Of a stretch of 64,000 bases of DNA, positions 37,580 to 45,836 are shown one piece after another. This DNA comes from Lentimicrobiaceae bacterium. GTDB taxonomy: Bacteria > Bacteroidota > Bacteroidia > Bacteroidales > JAAYJT01. Positions within the stretch are counted from its first letter, which is position 1, and each line of letters begins with the position of its first letter. Made by a program: the position numbers and the translations under genes. The stretch spans positions 53,074 through 117,073 of the forward strand of contig JBBIIP010000002.1 in the NCBI GenBank assembly GCA_037446395.1, written 5' to 3'. The notes beneath the pieces are model-generated. The model was not told where the DNA came from, made no database searches, and worked only from the letters and a program-made list of their open reading frames with translations.

Positions 37580-38842
37580 TTATAAGCTAACCCTGAATTC
37601 GAACCTTCCCAGAAAAGCATCATCTTTCAGTAGGTTGCTTTTTATAAAACCTCCAATCGCGCTTGCCTGCATGTGTTTCCCAATTTTTTTTACAATGGCC
37701 AGGTCAAGTTCCTGCATTGGGTTTTGCCTGGTCTGTAATATATATTGCAGTTTCAGGTGGGTTCTGATTTCCGGAAGCCTGTATCGGATGGCTAACTGAA
37801 CGAAAGGCAAATCCATGGCGTCGAGACGAAGCACATTTCCGGCAAAAATATTGCTAAAAGAATTCAATGCTTTGGCGTTGGCATCAAGTGCGTAGATTCC
37901 ATAGTAGCGCAAATAAAAATGCGTTCTGCTTTTCGAGCCATTGAGCGACTTTTCGAGCCCTAGTGTAAATATTAAGGCTTGATTGTTTTGAGAAGCCTGG
38001 TATAAAATTTCGGGCTTAAAATAGATGTCTGCCGGTAATCGAAACTCAGAAAACAGCCCACCAATAAACACATTTTCCGGAACCCATGATCCAAACTCAT
38101 CATACAGGGCAATACCTGCTGTTTCGAGCGAAAATTTTCTTGAACCAGAAGTTTCCGTGCCAATTGCATTTGAGAAACCATCAGGCGAAAATTCATCCAG
38201 GTTTTCCGTTGATTGCTTTTTTGTCATCTTCGAAGGGGTGAATTTGAAAGTTACCCCGCTGAAATTTGTCTGACCGGGTTTGTTTCCTATCAAAGGCAAC
38301 TGGCGGCCTGGAATGATGTCGTAAAGATAGCTGACGGCACAAAAAATTCCATTGCGGGCAAAATCCTTGGTGACTGTTCCGCCAGAAAAATTCACTGCCC
38401 ATGCGCCTTTTGTGTGCTCATAATTAATGCCGATCATTCTTTCGTTGAACAGGTAGTCGTCGTCAAAACGTGCCGATTGCAGCCCGAGAGTAATTCTCCC
38501 AACGGGGCTTCGATATTGGTAAAACAATTCACGCAGGCCAAAATGCTGGTCGCTGAAGCTGGCATCTTTTTCCAGGTCGTAACGATACCAATACTTAAAT
38601 CCACCCTCGATATAGAACGTAGATTTTTCACCCGAACGATCTATGCCCAAATAGCCCATACCATTTATGATTGAATTATCTGTCAGATAACCAAGCCCTC
38701 CGGTGATTTCGGAACCAACGTAAAACTTGCTCTTACCGATGGGCTTCAAAAATGCGGCCAATTGGCTGGGACATTCCCATTGAGCCAACAACCCCAATGG
38801 GAGGGCGATCAAAAGCAGAATTATAAATAATCCTTTTCTCAT
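37580..38842 (-). CDS. Outer-membrane beta-barrel-like protein, function unknown
   Basis: Signal peptide (LLAQ). 420 aa rich in alternating aromatic/G/S/N beta-strand patterns, with a C-terminal ..GRFEFRVSL. No enzymatic motif. Confidence 0.6.
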   Translation of the reverse strand: MRKGLFIILLLIALPLGLLAQWECPSQLAAFLKPIGKSKFYVGSEITGGLGYLTDNSIINGMGYLGIDRSGEKSTFYIEGGFKYWYRYDLEKDASFSDQHFGLRELFYQYRSPVGRITLGLQSARFDDDYLFNERMIGINYEHTKGAWAVNFSGGTVTKDFARNGIFCAVSYLYDIIPGRQLPLIGNKPGQTNFSGVTFKFTPSKMTKKQSTENLDEFSPDGFSNAIGTETSGSRKFSLETAGIALYDEFGSWVPENVFIGGLFSEFRLPADIYFKPEILYQASQNNQALIFTLGLEKSLNGSKSRTHFYLRYYGIYALDANAKALNSFSNIFAGNVLRLDAMDLPFVQLAIRYRLPEIRTHLKLQYILQTRQNPMQELDLAIVKKIGKHMQASAIGGFIKSNLLKDDAFLGRFEFRVSL

Positions 38843-38849
38843 TTTGTGG

Positions 38850-40265
38850 TCAAGAAATAGTGATTGAATTCTTTTTACAACTGCCTATGCAATCGCCACA
38901 GAAAATACAATCATGAATATTTAAGTGGCTGCTTCCACTTTCATAAACGATAGCATGGGTTTTGCAAGCATCGCTGCAGCGCTTGCAATCGGCACAATTT
39001 TGGGTTTTTGTTATGTTTTTTGCGCCGGGCAAATGCGAGACACCGGCAAGCACTACCCCCACCGGGCAGAATCCCCTGCAAAAGGGGCGGTATATCATTA
39101 CAGACAGCAGCAGCAAAATGACGAGCAGCACGTATCCGGTCGTATTGGCCGAAAAAAGGTTGAAAGCCATTTTGAAAGGGTCATAATGAATGAAAATATT
39201 GGTTTGGGTGATTGTAAGCTGAGCAATCAGAATGACCAGGACCACAATACGTAAGTACCTGAGGAAAGCTTGAGCTTTGAGACTTTTTAGAATGTGCAGC
39301 TTGTCGGCCTGAAAAAGAAACTCCTGTAGCCCCCCCAAATGGCAAAGCCAGCTGCACCAGATTTTTCCAAAAAAATATGTCAGGGGAACCAAGGCCACAA
39401 ACCAAATCAGTGAAATCCAGGCCACCTGCTGACCAAGACCCGCCAGCACAAGGTTTTGAAAACTTAAAATCATGCAAGGACATCCACCCTTTATAAACCC
39501 CAGGTAGACAACAGTTGCCAATAAAAACAAACCCCGAAATTTTCTGAAAGATTCATTTTTTATGAAAAAACTGATCACGATCAAAACCGAGAAAAGTATA
39601 GCCAGCTCAATGAGAAATCGTTTGTCGGCCTGGCTCATTGTTCGTCCTGATTTTTCGGAAGCGGCTGCGGTATTTTCGCCGGTTTGAAACTCTGTGGCGG
39701 CAAATTCATCATCAATTGGCGCAAATTCATCGTTGGCAGAAATCAAGGCGGTATCGGAAATGGTTTCTTGCATTGCATCAGGTGCATCAACCGAACCCGT
39801 TTGTTCAGTTACAACACCTGAGAGCGGCTCAAAGTCTTCGTGCATTGGCAAGAATTCAGAATTTACAGCCGTATCATGTAAAACTCCGATAACAGGGCTA
39901 CTTTCCGTCTGGCAGCTCTCGGGCTGTTGGCCAGCTTTTTGGGTTTGAAAAGCGATGACTGCCACCATTGATATCGCAACCAAAGTGGTTATAATCCAAT
40001 AAATGCGCCTTGCTTTATATTTGCCGTGGAAATAAAAAGCCAACAAAAACAGTAACACTGCAAGCAAAATCAACCTGAACAAATCGCTGCCAGTGGAGAA
40101 ACCTGCCGAAACAGGTTCGCTACAGCCTGAAAAAGAACATCCACTCGCGCAATCTTTGGCTTGCAGGTTTTTAGCAAAACCTTTTAGGTTGAGGAAAACA
40201 GAGAAAACTACAAACCATGCGAAGCGACCAAACCAGTTTGTCGCCAGTTTTAATTGATTACTCAC
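38850..40265 (-). CDS. NapH/MauN/RdhC-like polytopic 4Fe-4S-binding membrane protein with an N-terminal extension
   Basis: Family-typical membrane-proximal Cys motifs (GGCPC, IWCSWLCHLG, RPFCRGFCPVG). Two C-terminal ferredoxin motifs (CADCKRCSDAC, CIFCGDCIGSC). An extra N-terminal part of about 210 aa has a Cys-rich loop and an acidic linker. Confidence 0.75.
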   Translation of the reverse strand: MSNQLKLATNWFGRFAWFVVFSVFLNLKGFAKNLQAKDCASGCSFSGCSEPVSAGFSTGSDLFRLILLAVLLFLLAFYFHGKYKARRIYWIITTLVAISMVAVIAFQTQKAGQQPESCQTESSPVIGVLHDTAVNSEFLPMHEDFEPLSGVVTEQTGSVDAPDAMQETISDTALISANDEFAPIDDEFAATEFQTGENTAAASEKSGRTMSQADKRFLIELAILFSVLIVISFFIKNESFRKFRGLFLLATVVYLGFIKGGCPCMILSFQNLVLAGLGQQVAWISLIWFVALVPLTYFFGKIWCSWLCHLGGLQEFLFQADKLHILKSLKAQAFLRYLRIVVLVILIAQLTITQTNIFIHYDPFKMAFNLFSANTTGYVLLVILLLLSVMIYRPFCRGFCPVGVVLAGVSHLPGAKNITKTQNCADCKRCSDACKTHAIVYESGSSHLNIHDCIFCGDCIGSCKKNSITIS

Positions 40266-40271
40266 CGAGAG

Positions 40272-40640
40272 CTATGTTTTTTTGAGTTTCAGGGTGCCCA
40301 TGCCTCCTTCTTTCTGGCATTTACGCGTCAGGGTGAGGATGGCTTCAGTTTTATCGTCTTTTAAAAGCTCGAGTTTAACCTGGCGGGTATAAGTTCCTGG
40401 CGATTTTTCTTTCCATGGGGTGGCGCCCAAAATCTTCATTCCATCGTAAGTGAATTTTGTTTCAGAAAGTTCAATTTCGCATTTGCGATGCGTATAAACA
40501 ACCGTAACTTCCACAATGAGCTCTTCTCCGGCCTTATATGCTTCTTTTTTTTCGCCCGAAATATCAAACTTTACTTCACAAGCCTTGCCGATTTCTGCAA
40601 AAATCAGCATCAGAATCGCAAATAAAAACAATTTCTTCAT
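40272..40640 (-). CDS. Small secreted protein (3 Cys), function unknown
   Basis: 122 aa. Signal peptide MKKLFLFAILMLIFAEIGKA/C. The mature part looks beta-rich. First gene of the Fe-S operon. Confidence 0.55.
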   Translation of the reverse strand: MKKLFLFAILMLIFAEIGKACEVKFDISGEKKEAYKAGEELIVEVTVVYTHRKCEIELSETKFTYDGMKILGATPWKEKSPGTYTRQVKLELLKDDKTEAILTLTRKCQKEGGMGTLKLKKT

Positions 40641-40721
40641 TTTGATTGTAGTGGGTATTTGATTTATAATCTGTTTTTAAAACGAGGTTTTTGGCTTTAA
40701 GATATTTTAAACCGTTCGGCT

Positions 40722-40729
40722 CAAATCTA
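40722..40729 (-). promoter_or_regulatory. Candidate -7 promoter box (TAGATTTG) for the Fe-S operon
   Basis: The reverse complement of caaatcta is TAGATTTG. An ATTG lies 21 nt further upstream as a weak -33. The box is 82 nt upstream of ATG 40640. Confidence 0.3.
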
Positions 40730-40942
40730 CCTGTTAGACAAATAAAGCATCAATAACTTGCAGGATTTGCGGCCAACCATTTACTGCAATAGATTCGCCA
40801 AAATTATGCCACATCAATATCGTGGTCGTTATATTTTTCTCGAATAATTGTATAAGATTTTAAGAAATCAGGCCGAACAATGCCTGTTCCATTTATATTT
40901 GTCCGGTTTAATAAAACATTCATGTAATTGAGTCTACGAAAA

Positions 40943-41992
40943 ATGAACACATTCACATATAAACGAATGTTTCTTCCTGATATTTTAAAAGGCATTGCAG
41001 TAGTCCTGATAATACAGGTTCATGTGATGGAACTATTTGCAGTGCGGGACATACTCAGCAGCCTGGCCGGAAGAATATCCCTTTTTTTAGGCGGGCCGCC
41101 AGCAGCTCCTGTTTTTATGGCGGTGATGGGCTACCTGATTGCAAAATCATCGAAAGGATTTCAAAGCAATATTATCCGTGGAATGAAACTCATAATCTGG
41201 GGCTTTCTGTTAAACCTTGGGATGAATGCCCATCTGTTGGTGAAAATTATAAAAGGCAGCATTCAACTAAATCCCTGGCCGTATATTTTTGGTGTTGATA
41301 TTTTCTTCTTAGCAGGTTTTAGCGTTCTGATTATCGCAGTGTATAAAAAACTGTTTCACAACCAAATTCTTCCCTGGTTGTTGCTGGCGCTTTTTGCCGC
41401 TGCAGCCCGTTTGTTTCTGCCGGTTTATGATGGGAATCAACCGTGGGCTCTTTACCTGCAGGCTTTTTTTACTGGAAATGCAACATGGGCCTATTTTCCT
41501 GTTTTCCCGTGGGCTGCCTATCCTGTGCTGGGGTTTATATTTCATGTCCTGGCTGAAAAATATAGTCTTTCCGCTTTCTCAAACAAGGGACTTTTATACA
41601 TTGCCGGGTGGTTATTCATCGGAGTTGGTGTTTCGTTCAGCTACGGATTTGATATTGCTTCAGATTTATCGGCCTATTATCACCACGACATTCGCTATTT
41701 GCTTTGGGTAACTGGTTTTTTAGGGCTATGGGTGATGATGATAAAGTTGCTCTCCAATCATCGGGAGACGAATATGCTGTTTCGATATTTGCGGTGGGCA
41801 GGAAAAAACGTCACGTCCTTTTATGTAATACAATGGTTGCTGGTTGGAAATTTAGCTACATACATCTATAAAACACAACATGCATTGGCTTTGACCTTCT
41901 GGTTTGTGACGATTTTAGCGAGCACAAGCATCATGGTTTTTTTCTGGGACAGACTTAAAACCTGGCAAAATCCCTCTCATCTTCCGGGTTAG
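40943..41992 (+). CDS. Acyltransferase-like polytopic membrane protein (DUF1624/HGSNAT-like)
   Basis: N-terminal R.FLPDILKGIAVVLIIQVH followed by about 10 TM helices, resembling the DUF1624 / acyltransferase-3 type. ATG 40943 preferred over TTG 40928. Confidence 0.5.
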   Translation: MNTFTYKRMFLPDILKGIAVVLIIQVHVMELFAVRDILSSLAGRISLFLGGPPAAPVFMAVMGYLIAKSSKGFQSNIIRGMKLIIWGFLLNLGMNAHLLVKIIKGSIQLNPWPYIFGVDIFFLAGFSVLIIAVYKKLFHNQILPWLLLALFAAAARLFLPVYDGNQPWALYLQAFFTGNATWAYFPVFPWAAYPVLGFIFHVLAEKYSLSAFSNKGLLYIAGWLFIGVGVSFSYGFDIASDLSAYYHHDIRYLLWVTGFLGLWVMMIKLLSNHRETNMLFRYLRWAGKNVTSFYVIQWLLVGNLATYIYKTQHALALTFWFVTILASTSIMVFFWDRLKTWQNPSHLPG

Positions 41993-42560
41993 GTGTAGCC
42001 CCTAGAAATGTGCGATACTTGCCCGGATCCTTCTTGTATTCGCTCACCGAGATTCCGGTTATAGCTTTAAACTGTTTCGACAGGTACTGCACGCTGCTAT
42101 ATCCCATCATATATGCTATTTCGCTCAAAGTGAGCTCATTATATTGGATCAATTCTTTGGCACGCTCAATTTTTTGATGGATGATAAACTTCTCAAGCGT
42201 AGTGTGTTCCTGCTTTGAGAAAATGGTGGAAATGTGTTGATATGACAGCCCGAACCGCTCGACCAGATAATCTGAGTTACGCACCATGGCATTATAGGTG
42301 CTGTAGTGCACCAGGTTTATCACAGAATGCTTTATCTGCTCGACCAATTGCTTTTCTTTGTCATGCACAAGTTCAAACCCATCCGCTTCGAGCAAGCGGG
42401 CAATTTGCTGAAGATCAACTTTATGTTGATCAAACCTGATTTCAGCTTCACCAGGCTTCACCGTAATCAGTTCCACGCCGGCTTCTGAAAGAATTCTGGT
42501 AACCAGTTTCACGCAACAGTGGCAGGACATGTTTTTGATTATCAGTTTTTTATGAACCAT
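41955..42560 (-). CDS. AraC-family transcriptional regulator with N-terminal heavy-metal-associated (HMA) domain
   Basis: N-terminal ferredoxin-like HMA fold with a MSCHCC metal-binding loop. C-terminal AraC helix-turn-helix (LTLSEIAYMMGYSSVQYLSKQFK). Confidence 0.75.
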   Translation of the reverse strand: MVHKKLIIKNMSCHCCVKLVTRILSEAGVELITVKPGEAEIRFDQHKVDLQQIARLLEADGFELVHDKEKQLVEQIKHSVINLVHYSTYNAMVRNSDYLVERFGLSYQHISTIFSKQEHTTLEKFIIHQKIERAKELIQYNELTLSEIAYMMGYSSVQYLSKQFKAITGISVSEYKKDPGKYRTFLGATPNPEDERDFARF

Positions 42561-42664
42561 CCGTTTTAAAACTTTCAGTGGGTAGCTATTGGTGTGTTCT
42601 ACAAAGTTACATTTAATCCAATTTACCCTATCTTAGCAACCTATTTTATCAAAAAGTATCAAAC

Positions 42665-43663
42665 ATGAGTTTATCAGTAACGCCCGGTAAAAGTGTTTCC
42701 GTAGTAGTGCCATGCTACAACGAACAAGGCAATATAGCCGAGCTTTACAAAAAACTCAATGAAGTACTCGCCGAGTATAATCAGGCAGAAATTATTTTTG
42801 TTGACGATGGCAGTACCGATAGCACGAACGCCATAATCAAAAAACTGACCGAGAATGACAAGAGGGTTCAACTGATCAGCCTGACGCGCAACTTTGGCCA
42901 CCAGTTTGCCCTCAAAGCCGGCCTCGATCATGCTTCAGGCGAATGCGTGATCAGCCTCGATGCCGACCTTCAGCACCCCCCGTCACTAATCCCGGACATG
43001 ATTAAAAAATGGAACGAAGGATATGATGTGGTTTATACACGGCGGCGCGATAATCGGAATTTGCCTTTTTACAAAGGGTTTACTTCTCGCTGTTTTTATC
43101 GACTGGCAAAAATGTTTTCTTCCGTAGACATGCACCCGGGTGCTGCCGACTTTCGCCTCCTCGATCGTGCAGTTGTGGACGTACTGAAAGAATGTCGCGA
43201 AAACTATCTATTCATTCGTGGTCTCGTTTCATGGGCAGGATTTCGACAAACCTGTATTGAATATTCCCCCCAGGATCGTTTTGCCGGAAAAACAAAATAT
43301 TCACTTCGAAAGATGATCAGTTTTGCTTTTACAGGCATCACCTCCTTTAGCATCAAGCCATTGCAGATTTCGCTTATTCTAGGCCTTATCATTGCAGGGC
43401 TATCATTTTTATATGGCCTCTATGTGATTTATGTTTATACTTTTACCAACCAGGCCCTTCCTGGATGGGCGAGCACTACCGCCAGTGTTCTTTTTATTGG
43501 TGGAGTTCAACTGATTATTCTAGGAATTCTTGGGCAGTATGTAGGGATGACTTTTATCGAAAACAAACGCCGGCCAAATTATGTAATCAGAAAAAAAGAC
43601 AAGAATTCTATCCCTCATGATCAACTTCCTGGTGAAAAAACACCCAGTCAGGAGCACAAATAA
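42665..43663 (+). CDS. Family 2 glycosyltransferase, polyprenol-phosphate sugar transferase type (GtrB/ArnC-like)
   Basis: VSVVVPCYNEQGNI, FVDDGSTDST, LDADLQHPP and two C-terminal TM helices. Confidence 0.85.
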   Translation: MSLSVTPGKSVSVVVPCYNEQGNIAELYKKLNEVLAEYNQAEIIFVDDGSTDSTNAIIKKLTENDKRVQLISLTRNFGHQFALKAGLDHASGECVISLDADLQHPPSLIPDMIKKWNEGYDVVYTRRRDNRNLPFYKGFTSRCFYRLAKMFSSVDMHPGAADFRLLDRAVVDVLKECRENYLFIRGLVSWAGFRQTCIEYSPQDRFAGKTKYSLRKMISFAFTGITSFSIKPLQISLILGLIIAGLSFLYGLYVIYVYTFTNQALPGWASTTASVLFIGGVQLIILGILGQYVGMTFIENKRRPNYVIRKKDKNSIPHDQLPGEKTPSQEHK

Positions 43664-43711
43664 CTATTTTTATAATTCACCTACTCGTATTGACTTTATT
43701 GACTGCTTAGG

Positions 43712-45055
43712 ATGTATGCTGTAGTAGACCTGGAAACCACCGGCACAAGTGCACAGCACGGCCGGATCACAGAAATTGCCCTTTACCTGTTTGACGGAAA
43801 CGAGATTACAGATTCGTTTGTGAGCCTTGTCAATCCCGAGTGTTCAATTCCGTATTTCATCACGCGCCTCACAGGTATCAGCGATCAAATGGTGGCGAAT
43901 GCGCCACGTTTTTGTGAAATCGCCCGAAAAGTAGTAGAAATGACTGAAAACAAAATATTTGTAGCACATAATGTCAGCTTCGACTATAATTTTCTTCGTG
44001 AGGAATTTCGCAGGCTTGGCTACGACTATAGGCGTGAGAGGTTATGCACGGTAAGCCTGAGCCGTAAAATATTTCCCGGGTATGGCAGCTATAGTTTGGG
44101 AAATATCTGCCAGGCACTCGGCATAGAAAATATCCACCGCCACCGTGCTGCCGGCGACGCCCTGGCAACTGTTAGTCTTCTGAAACATTTGCTCTGGGCC
44201 AACGAGTTCAACCCCTCCGAAAAGAGGGTAAGATTTTCATCGCCCGAGCATGATTTGGTGCGCTCCATTCCTGAAACTACCGGAGTGTACTACTTGTTTA
44301 ATGAGCGGAATCAGATCATTTATATCGGAAAAAGCATCAATATGCGCGAGCGGGTTAACAAACACCTCTTGCAATGCAATACACGGCGGGCGATTGATAT
44401 GAAAAATGCCACCACCGGAGTCGGTTACGAAGAAACCGGCTCGGAGCTGATTGCCCTGCTGCTCGAATCAAGCGAGATCAAAGCTAAAATGCCAATTTAC
44501 AACCGTCGGCAGCGGAGACAAACATCGCATTATGGGTTGTATTTTTATTGCAACACAGATGGTTATTTGTGCCTGAAGATTGATAAAACAAACCGGAACA
44601 ACACACCCATTATTGCCTATCCGGCCTTGCACGAAGCACGCCAGCATCTTTTTTTCCTCAGCGAACGTTTTAATTTGTGCCAGAAGTTGTGCGGGTTATA
44701 CAACACTCTGGGGGCTTGCTTTCAATACTCAATCAGACAATGTAAGGGCGCATGTATTGGTGTTGAACATCCGGGTTCATACAATGCACGTGTCGAAAAA
44801 ATGATTAATACTCTAGCCAATACGGATGAAAGTTATTTCATTATTGAACCCGGCCGGCATCAAGAAGAAAATGCAGTGGTGAAGGTTGAAAATGGAAAAT
44901 ATATCGGTTTTGGCTATTTCGATTTAAATTCATTTGCAGGGAATACCGACTGTCTGAATGATCACATTAAACCCTACGAGGATAACCGCGACGTACAACA
45001 AATCATAAGATCATACATGCGGCAAGGACGGGCAAAAAAAATCATCAGGTTTTGA
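43712..45055 (+). CDS. DnaQ-like 3'-5' exonuclease domain fused to a GIY-YIG (UvrC/Cho-like) nuclease domain
   Basis: Exo motifs (VVDLETTG, AHNVSFDYNFL, HRAAGDA). These are followed by GVYYLFNERNQIIYIGKS..NMRERV (GIY-YIG). Confidence 0.8.
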   Translation: MYAVVDLETTGTSAQHGRITEIALYLFDGNEITDSFVSLVNPECSIPYFITRLTGISDQMVANAPRFCEIARKVVEMTENKIFVAHNVSFDYNFLREEFRRLGYDYRRERLCTVSLSRKIFPGYGSYSLGNICQALGIENIHRHRAAGDALATVSLLKHLLWANEFNPSEKRVRFSSPEHDLVRSIPETTGVYYLFNERNQIIYIGKSINMRERVNKHLLQCNTRRAIDMKNATTGVGYEETGSELIALLLESSEIKAKMPIYNRRQRRQTSHYGLYFYCNTDGYLCLKIDKTNRNNTPIIAYPALHEARQHLFFLSERFNLCQKLCGLYNTLGACFQYSIRQCKGACIGVEHPGSYNARVEKMINTLANTDESYFIIEPGRHQEENAVVKVENGKYIGFGYFDLNSFAGNTDCLNDHIKPYEDNRDVQQIIRSYMRQGRAKKIIRF

Positions 45056-45071
45056 ATCAATAACAAATCGG

Positions 45072-45836
45072 CTAAAGAAACAAAAAACCCAGCGTAAAGC
45101 TTACACGGTTATAGATCGTATAAACTCTGCGATGATATGGACGTGCCCCATCAAAGTTCTGTTCAGAATAAGAGAGTTTCTGGTACCGGTATCCAAGAGA
45201 AAAGTTAAACGAACCATGCTCGGAAACCCTGAAATTGATGCCAGCCGAAGTGCCGAGCAAGAAACCGCCAAACGTTTCATTTATGTAACCTGAAGACCAT
45301 CTCCAAGAATTTGTTTTGATGTTTTCGACTGCAAAGCCATAGCCTGTTTGAAATGATAAAAACGGACTAACTCTTTCGTCAAAAACAAAATAGCGGATAT
45401 CGGCAAACAATGGCATCACGCCAAAGTCGTAATACTCATAGCCAAGGCCAACTCCTGTAAAGAATTGCGGATTGTGATGATAGCCATTGATGGAGGCAAT
45501 AACTGGAATAGGAACATCTTCGCTGCCAAAGTTTGCACCAAAGTATGATAAATTATAGTAGCCTTTATTCTTGATCTGTTGCGAGATGGAAATTTTTTTG
45601 AAATGCCGGTAGCCAGTGCTGTCGAATTCGCTGGGATTAAATAGCCACACCCCGCAATCGTTTTCAACTTTAACTCCAAGGGCGCCATCATGTTCCAGTA
45701 TTTTGCCTTTCACTATTTCGCCGTTCTTTAGAAAAACGGCATTGGGCTTGCGTTTTTGTGCTGTTACCAAAAAAGGCAACAGCACAATCAACGCACAAAC
45801 AACTATTGATAAAGAAAAACGGGATCTTAGTTTCAT
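45072..45836 (-). CDS. Outer-membrane beta-barrel-like protein, function unknown
   Basis: Signal peptide, a small N-terminal domain, then beta-strand patterns ending ..RVSFTLGFLFL. The start overlaps the upstream gene stop by 4 nt. Confidence 0.55.
   Translation of the reverse strand: MKLRSRFSLSIVVCALIVLLPFLVTAQKRKPNAVFLKNGEIVKGKILEHDGALGVKVENDCGVWLFNPSEFDSTGYRHFKKISISQQIKNKGYYNLSYFGANFGSEDVPIPVIASINGYHHNPQFFTGVGLGYEYYDFGVMPLFADIRYFVFDERVSPFLSFQTGYGFAVENIKTNSWRWSSGYINETFGGFLLGTSAGINFRVSEHGSFNFSLGYRYQKLSYSEQNFDGARPYHRRVYTIYNRVSFTLGFLFL

Noticed and set aside
40804-40995. 63-aa minus-strand ORF in the intergenic region upstream of the Fe-S operon
   Set aside because: It overlaps the start of the plus-strand acyltransferase-like gene, has no signal or motif, and lies upstream of the candidate promoter box. 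It is probably non-coding.
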